Program-made: the position numbers and the translations under genes | The notes under the pieces: model-generated | Database searches by the model: none | What the model was told of the DNA's origin: nothing | The model's input: only the letters and a program-made list of their open reading frames with translations | Shown: in pieces, positions 58,819 to 64,000 of the stretch | Layout of the letters: each line of letters begins with the position of its first letter | Position numbering within the stretch: the first letter of the stretch is position 1 | DNA from: Candidatus Uabimicrobium helgolandensis | GTDB taxonomy: Bacteria > Planctomycetota > Uabimicrobiia > Uabimicrobiales > Uabimicrobiaceae | Direction of reading: 5' to 3' | Length of the DNA stretch: 64,000 bases | NCBI RefSeq assembly: GCF_041508025.1 | Contig: NZ_CP165719.1 | Location: 736,023-800,022, forward strand

Positions 58819-59835
58819 ATGAAATGGCTATATTGTGTTTTTCTTATTTGCGTGCCAATATTTAGTCAGCAGCAAAGATCGGATACTATTGTAGCTATTG
58901 TAAACAAAGATATAATAACATATGGAGATGTACTCAAAAAAGTAAAAAGTATCATTCAGAGTATTGAAGCTTCCGGCTTGCCAAGAAAGCAAAAAGAATT
59001 ACGTAAAGCAGCAAGTATGCAAGCAAAATTACGTGATATGGTCGATACACTACTTATGCAGCAAGAAGCTAAAAAATATAAGCTAGAGCTGCCTAATCGC
59101 GAAAATATTAAGAAGCAAGTTGAAAAACAGCTAAAGAAACAAAAAGAAACACGTGGGCTAGATGAATTTGCTCTAGAAGACGTTTTTTATTCGCGAGAAT
59201 TATTACGCAACTTGCTACAAGCTCGTTCTGCATACTCTCAAGGGGGTGAACGGCGTGCTGATATTGATACTTTTGTACAACCCGCTGAAATTTGCCAGTA
59301 CTATAAAGATAACCTTGGTAAATATACCAAACCTCCTAAGATAAAAACGCGTATTATAACTTTGTTTTACAGTAAAAATGATGGCCGTGAACAAACACGC
59401 GCCAAAGCAGAATCAATTGTTCGCGAACTTCGTAACGAAGCTGATTTTGCAGAAATAGCAAAACTATACTCTAATGACCCTTATGCTGAAAGCGGTGGAG
59501 ATTGGCCGCGAAAATTAAAAGATAATAAAGAAGTATGGGATTTTATCGGTAAAGGGGAATTGCCAAAAGAAGTAGATGATATTGCTTTTAGTATGAGCAA
59601 AGGAGAAATAAGCGAACCTATCATGCTCGATGGTGAATCCTACTGTCAAATTGTGAAAATAGAAGATATGGTAGAAGGAGGAGCCGTTCCTTTTACAGAA
59701 GTACAGCCTGAAATACGCCGTCGATTGCAAAATGAAAAAATAGTAAGCGCTTTGAAAGGTATGCTTACTCAACTTCGTCGTCGATCTTTTTTATGGCCAG
59801 AGAACATTTTTCGTAATCCAAACGAATTAGAGTAA
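58819..59835 (+). CDS. SurA-like periplasmic chaperone / parvulin-type peptidyl-prolyl isomerase
   Basis: The signal peptide is MKWLYCVFLICVPIFSQ. A SurA-N-like helical region is followed by a PpiC/parvulin domain (FAEIAKLYSNDPYAESGGDW…GEISEPI). GGAG lies 6 nt upstream of ATG 58819. Confidence 0.7.
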   Translation: MKWLYCVFLICVPIFSQQQRSDTIVAIVNKDIITYGDVLKKVKSIIQSIEASGLPRKQKELRKAASMQAKLRDMVDTLLMQQEAKKYKLELPNRENIKKQVEKQLKKQKETRGLDEFALEDVFYSRELLRNLLQARSAYSQGGERRADIDTFVQPAEICQYYKDNLGKYTKPPKIKTRIITLFYSKNDGREQTRAKAESIVRELRNEADFAEIAKLYSNDPYAESGGDWPRKLKDNKEVWDFIGKGELPKEVDDIAFSMSKGEISEPIMLDGESYCQIVKIEDMVEGGAVPFTEVQPEIRRRLQNEKIVSALKGMLTQLRRRSFLWPENIFRNPNELE

Positions 59836-59846
59836 GAGGTATAGTG

Positions 59847-61640
59847 ATGAAATGGTTATGTGTGGTAATGAGTTTGACCTTTACTTTTGCACAAATACAA
59901 AATGAAGAAGTATTACAATTACTAGGTGAACAAAACAGTGAACAATTTCACAAGCCTTATCCACTTGCCATACTATATCAACTTGTTGATATGCCTTATC
60001 ACCAGGTTTATGAAAGAGTACTTCGCGCTCAATTTGAAGATAGATTATCAAATAACTATGAAAATTTTTACAATGCAAAATATTACCACACTGCATTAAC
60101 AAAAAGAATTATTGAAGCTTCTTCAGTGAAAGATATACCGAAAAAAATGTTAAGTACTCTCAAACAAGAGCATTTTTTAGCTATTGAAATTCATGGATAC
60201 GATCGTTATTTTGTTATGAGAGCTTTTTGCCCAAAAACCAGAACATTTAGTCCTATAGTGCGTCGTTCTTTTAACTCAAATGAAACCCTTGCCAAAGATA
60301 TTTGTAGTATTATTCCACAGATATTTGGTATTGAAGGTATTGTTGTAAAAAAAGAAGAAGAACACTATTTGTTTTTGCGCGGGAATAACACGACTATGCG
60401 TAGTATACTAAAGAGTGGAGGACATACTTTTTATTTGTATCGACAAAACGCACGTATTGTCAATACCTATGCTCAAATAGGTGAGTTGCTTTCAGTTGGT
60501 ACTTTTGTGTATAGTAAGATTGATGTACTAGGCGATTACAAATTGCGTGGTTTTGAAACAGCTCAGAAAATTTATTTTACAGGTGGTTTTCAAAAAATAA
60601 AATTAATAAATCACGAAGAGCAGTCGCAAGAAGCCTTTTCTATCTTTACCAGTTACGAGGGGTTTTCTGATAATTCCAAGAACTATCGCGGAACTACAGA
60701 CATTTCAGGCAGTTTTAAAATCGAAGATACTGAAAAAGCGCCTATATTTTTGATGATCATGAAAAATATGAATAATGTTAATTTTCCTATTGTACGTAGG
60801 CATATTATTGTCGAAAACAATAGTGCTACTCTCAAACTCGTAGCGCAAACGTTAGAAGAAGTAGAAGCAATTTCAAAACGAAAGCTTTCACAAAGACAAC
60901 TCTTACAAATAAAAAACGAAGTGGTTCAGAGAATACTACAAGCGAAGAATTATATGAAGTTGAACGACTTTGAGAAAGCAATTATTTCTTTGGAATATGC
61001 AAAAAAATTAACCCAAAAAATGAATAAAGAACCCTCATTGCAGAACGCTCTTACAAAATTAGAAAACGTCTATCAGCAAGCTTTGAAACAAAAGAAAATG
61101 AATCGCAACAAGAAAGAAGCGATTGCGCTTTTGAAAAAAACAGACAAAAAAGTAAGTAATTTTTTCTATAAAGAAGCTTTAGAACTTGCAAAAAAAGCAC
61201 AACGCCTCTGGCCGTTTGCCAACGATGAAAACAAAGGGTACCAAGAAATTCTTAAACGATTAAAAAAAATTGAGATTTTGCTTCTTCAAGAAAACACTAG
61301 TTTCGGTGAAGCACGACTACTACTATCAAAAACTCTATTTTCTTTTAATTCAGACAACATAACCATTAGAAATATCGAAACAATTCACGGTGCTGTTAAG
61401 ATATTAAATACTCCACAAAAACACCAAGAAATTTATAATGACCGCTATATTTTAACAGCAGCAAGATCTTTTTTAGACAAGCTCGCAAGTGATCTTATCA
61501 CAATTGCAAACTTTCATTTGGAAAAATACAAAAATAATGAAAACACCAATGAAAGGCGTGAAGCTTATAAGAATTATGAAAAATATTACAACAGTAGTAA
61601 GAAGATTGACGTGATTTTAAGTGAACTCCAAAAAATATAA
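59847..61640 (+). CDS. Secreted hypothetical protein with C-terminal helical/TPR-like region
   Basis: The signal peptide is MKWLCVVMSLTFTFAQ. The RBS AAGAGG lies upstream. Confidence 0.5.
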   Translation: MKWLCVVMSLTFTFAQIQNEEVLQLLGEQNSEQFHKPYPLAILYQLVDMPYHQVYERVLRAQFEDRLSNNYENFYNAKYYHTALTKRIIEASSVKDIPKKMLSTLKQEHFLAIEIHGYDRYFVMRAFCPKTRTFSPIVRRSFNSNETLAKDICSIIPQIFGIEGIVVKKEEEHYLFLRGNNTTMRSILKSGGHTFYLYRQNARIVNTYAQIGELLSVGTFVYSKIDVLGDYKLRGFETAQKIYFTGGFQKIKLINHEEQSQEAFSIFTSYEGFSDNSKNYRGTTDISGSFKIEDTEKAPIFLMIMKNMNNVNFPIVRRHIIVENNSATLKLVAQTLEEVEAISKRKLSQRQLLQIKNEVVQRILQAKNYMKLNDFEKAIISLEYAKKLTQKMNKEPSLQNALTKLENVYQQALKQKKMNRNKKEAIALLKKTDKKVSNFFYKEALELAKKAQRLWPFANDENKGYQEILKRLKKIEILLLQENTSFGEARLLLSKTLFSFNSDNITIRNIETIHGAVKILNTPQKHQEIYNDRYILTAARSFLDKLASDLITIANFHLEKYKNNENTNERREAYKNYEKYYNSSKKIDVILSELQKI

Positions 61641-61767
61641 AATCGCTGTTGAAATATTATAGAATATAGAATACAATCATGAAAATAATTTTGAGCATGC
61701 TCCTAAAACAGCTGCTCCATAGTATCATAAACAAACCTCGTGTAAAATTTGAGAAAGGCTCAGTCAA

Positions 61768-62829
61768 ATGCAAGACCAAGATCCTAAAGAGTTATTAGTA
61801 CAATACGGGCACATCCTTGCTTTTGTTGTTTGCATCGCATTCAACGGTTTTTGGTATATGGGAGCAGGGGATGCAAGAGCGGACGCTTTGATCACCAAAG
61901 TAGAAAGATCGCAAAAAAAGATCGCAAAGATGAAAAGAGCAAGTAAAACACCACCTGACGAGAATATGGACTATAGCAAGACAGTAGAGGCTAACTGGAA
62001 CAACACCACGGCTTTGTCACCTTCTCCAGGATTCAAATCTATTTACCCTTCGGCAAACATCACATTTGAACGCGAAGTTCCTCCTGAAGATCAGTGGATT
62101 AGTAAGCCTACAGGACTTCAGGTTAGTGTTGGTAAAGAAAAACTTTCTTTGCAGTGGCGTGCTCCGTTTCCATTAAGAGACAAAACTGGCAAACAACGAC
62201 AAATGACAAAAGTAGCCGGCTACGAATTAGTAAAACTTTGGAGAAATCCTAAAGGCAAATCCAAGAGAAAGCGCTATACTTTTGGTAGTGGTACTACTAG
62301 CTTTGTCGATGAAAAAGTAGAAACCAAAACTCTATATTCTTATAAAGTACGTGCCTATAGCTTTAACACCGCAGCAAAAGGTGGTGGCGAAGGCGAAGTA
62401 AAGGGAAAGAAAGCTGTATTAAGTGATTTTAGCGGCACCAAAAAAGGTAAAATTAAATCTTTGTATGAGATTGAGCTTTTAGGTGTAGCGGGAGAAAGTG
62501 CTTTTATTAAATTACGTCGTTACTACAAAGGGCAAAATCGCGAAACCACCTGCACCATAAAAAAAGGTGCGGACATTGAAGCCAAAAACGTTAAGGTTTC
62601 TGGTTTAGATAAGCGTATGGATTTTGTTCCTGGTTGGAAGCTTCTTCACTTAACTACTCGTGCAGAACGCACAAGAAAAATCACAAAAAAGGTTTTTGTT
62701 CGTATCAACCCTGATACAGGTAAGGGCGAATACAAAGATGTAACTACTGAGCAAAAATATGAAACCGCTGCGATTATTTTTAAAGATGAGAAAAATAAAC
62801 AAGTAAAGAGATTTAAAACAAAAAAGTAA
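61768..62829 (+). CDS. Membrane-anchored fibronectin type III domain protein
   Basis: It has an N-terminal TM (ILAFVVCIAFNGFWYMGAG). The FN3 hallmarks are PTGLQVSV…LSLQWRAP…GYELVKLW…YSYKVRAYS. Confidence 0.55.
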   Translation: MQDQDPKELLVQYGHILAFVVCIAFNGFWYMGAGDARADALITKVERSQKKIAKMKRASKTPPDENMDYSKTVEANWNNTTALSPSPGFKSIYPSANITFEREVPPEDQWISKPTGLQVSVGKEKLSLQWRAPFPLRDKTGKQRQMTKVAGYELVKLWRNPKGKSKRKRYTFGSGTTSFVDEKVETKTLYSYKVRAYSFNTAAKGGGEGEVKGKKAVLSDFSGTKKGKIKSLYEIELLGVAGESAFIKLRRYYKGQNRETTCTIKKGADIEAKNVKVSGLDKRMDFVPGWKLLHLTTRAERTRKITKKVFVRINPDTGKGEYKDVTTEQKYETAAIIFKDEKNKQVKRFKTKK

Positions 62830-62897
62830 CCCACTTGCACCAAAAGAGTAAGTATAGATTGGAAAAGATCCCCTCCACGATTAGAAGGTGAATTTCG

Positions 62898-64000
62898 ATG
62901 GTACAAACAAATTTCTTCCAAAAAGAAATCAGCTTAAAATTTATTTATTATGGTCGAGACAGTGTAGGTAAAAAAACTACGCTTCATAGCCTACATAAGC
63001 ATCTTGAGTCAAAACAAAAAACTAAAATACAAGATGAAAATTTTGATGATGTGATTGTCCATCATTTTATCCACATTCCGAGAAAAGCACTTGCTGGAAT
63101 GAAAATTAAATGTGGAATATACTGCATACCAGAGGAAGGACTTCACTCTAAAAAAGTACTGTCTTTACTCGAAAGCGTTGATGGGATCATTTTTGCTGCT
63201 GACCTAAATTCTACTACAGAAGAAGCTGCAGAAAGTTATAAAAAACTGGAAGCGGCTTTCAAAAAAATAGACGAAAAACTGATGTTTCGTTCTATGGTTA
63301 TGCAGTATACCAAAAAAGATCTTGTTGATAACGTTGATGAAAAAGTAGAAGCTTTCAACACTTCTTTTAACAAGCTAAAGAAAAAACATTTTGCTAGCGG
63401 AGAAGGTTCAGCTCAAGAAATTCTTGATACATGGGAATGTGTATATTCCCAAGTAATGATCGAAGTTAGAGCAAAACTTGACTCAACGACAAAGAGCATG
63501 CCTAAAACAAAATTGAAGTTTAATTTTAACCGCAAAAAAGAGGTAGAAGAAACGGAAGAAGACGACAAAGGTTTAAAAATACCCAAAAAATTTGCTAAAA
63601 AAGATGAAGAACCCGACGAATATAACGACACTAGAATTGATTTGCATGTTTCAGAAGATGAAAGTAAGAAAGCTAGCGAAATAGAAGTAATCGCAAATGA
63701 AGATAATAAAACCAGCGAAACGGAAGTAATCGCGGATGAACGCAAGAAAGCTAGCGAAACCGAAACAATCGCAGAACATAATCAACATCTTATAAAAAAG
63801 CAAATGCCTATAGACAGTTTCTTCGAAGAAAGTTCTGAAGAAGGGTTAACCAGCGCAAAAACGGAATCTTTTTCTGTTGATGAAAAAGAAATGGATTCTA
63901 TTAACAGACTAAAAGTGACAAACCAACTACTTTCAGAATTAGATACCTCTTTACGTGAACAACGCGCGCCTGAAACTCTATTTTTTGAATCTACCTCCGA
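62898..64000 (+). CDS. MglA-like Ras-superfamily small GTPase with long acidic repetitive C-terminal extension (3' end outside window)
   Basis: The N-terminal 150 aa align with MglA: KFIYYGRDSVGKKTTL matches the MglA P-loop KIVYYGPGLCGKTTNL, VDGIIFAADLNS matches VDGVVFVADSQ, and QYTKKDL matches QYNKRDL. The G3/catalytic region reads IPEEG instead of VPGQ. The tail carries KKASE(I/T)E(V/T)IA repeats. Confidence 0.7.
   Translation, partial: MVQTNFFQKEISLKFIYYGRDSVGKKTTLHSLHKHLESKQKTKIQDENFDDVIVHHFIHIPRKALAGMKIKCGIYCIPEEGLHSKKVLSLLESVDGIIFAADLNSTTEEAAESYKKLEAAFKKIDEKLMFRSMVMQYTKKDLVDNVDEKVEAFNTSFNKLKKKHFASGEGSAQEILDTWECVYSQVMIEVRAKLDSTTKSMPKTKLKFNFNRKKEVEETEEDDKGLKIPKKFAKKDEEPDEYNDTRIDLHVSEDESKKASEIEVIANEDNKTSETEVIADERKKASETETIAEHNQHLIKKQMPIDSFFEESSEEGLTSAKTESFSVDEKEMDSINRLKVTNQLLSELDTSLREQRAPETLFFESTS

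Overview
Low-GC (about 35-38% by eye) bacterial chromosomal segment, densely coded on both strands, with about 55 protein genes and one tRNA-Pro(UGG). The gene content suggests a predatory or gliding lineage (Bdellovibrionota-like or PVC-like), but the lineage cannot be assigned from sequence alone. Supporting genes are two Hanks-type Ser/Thr kinases (one a 2179-aa kinase-WD40 giant), two leucine-rich-repeat proteins, many TPR/HEAT proteins, an ECF sigma factor, DsbD, an ExbB-ExbD-ExbD motor cluster after two TPR proteins, and an MglA-like GTPase. Housekeeping genes include archaeal/eukaryotic-type ProRS, RNase HII, GmhB, thiolase, a KDPG aldolase family enzyme and an aldo/keto reductase. The features most worth a second look are listed below.
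- A previously unrecognisable ~265-bp MITE family with 19-bp terminal inverted repeats, present in three copies; two direct copies bracket the tRNA-Pro gene and a maltokinase-like kinase gene that starts 7 nt after the tRNA.
- A hairpin-bounded array of 33-37-bp tandem repeats next to a GIY-YIG nuclease gene.
- A tightly packed five-gene minus-strand operon encoding a SAM methyltransferase, a secreted beta-propeller/HpcH-aldolase fusion, a class II aldolase, an RbfA-like protein and an APH-family kinase.
- An orphan AmmeMemoRadiSam-type radical SAM gene translationally coupled to dsbD and followed by a membrane Ser/Thr kinase with a His/Asp-rich tail.
- A candidate Agl/Glt-like gliding-motor neighbourhood ending in a divergent MglA-like GTPase with substituted catalytic residues and a long repetitive acidic tail.
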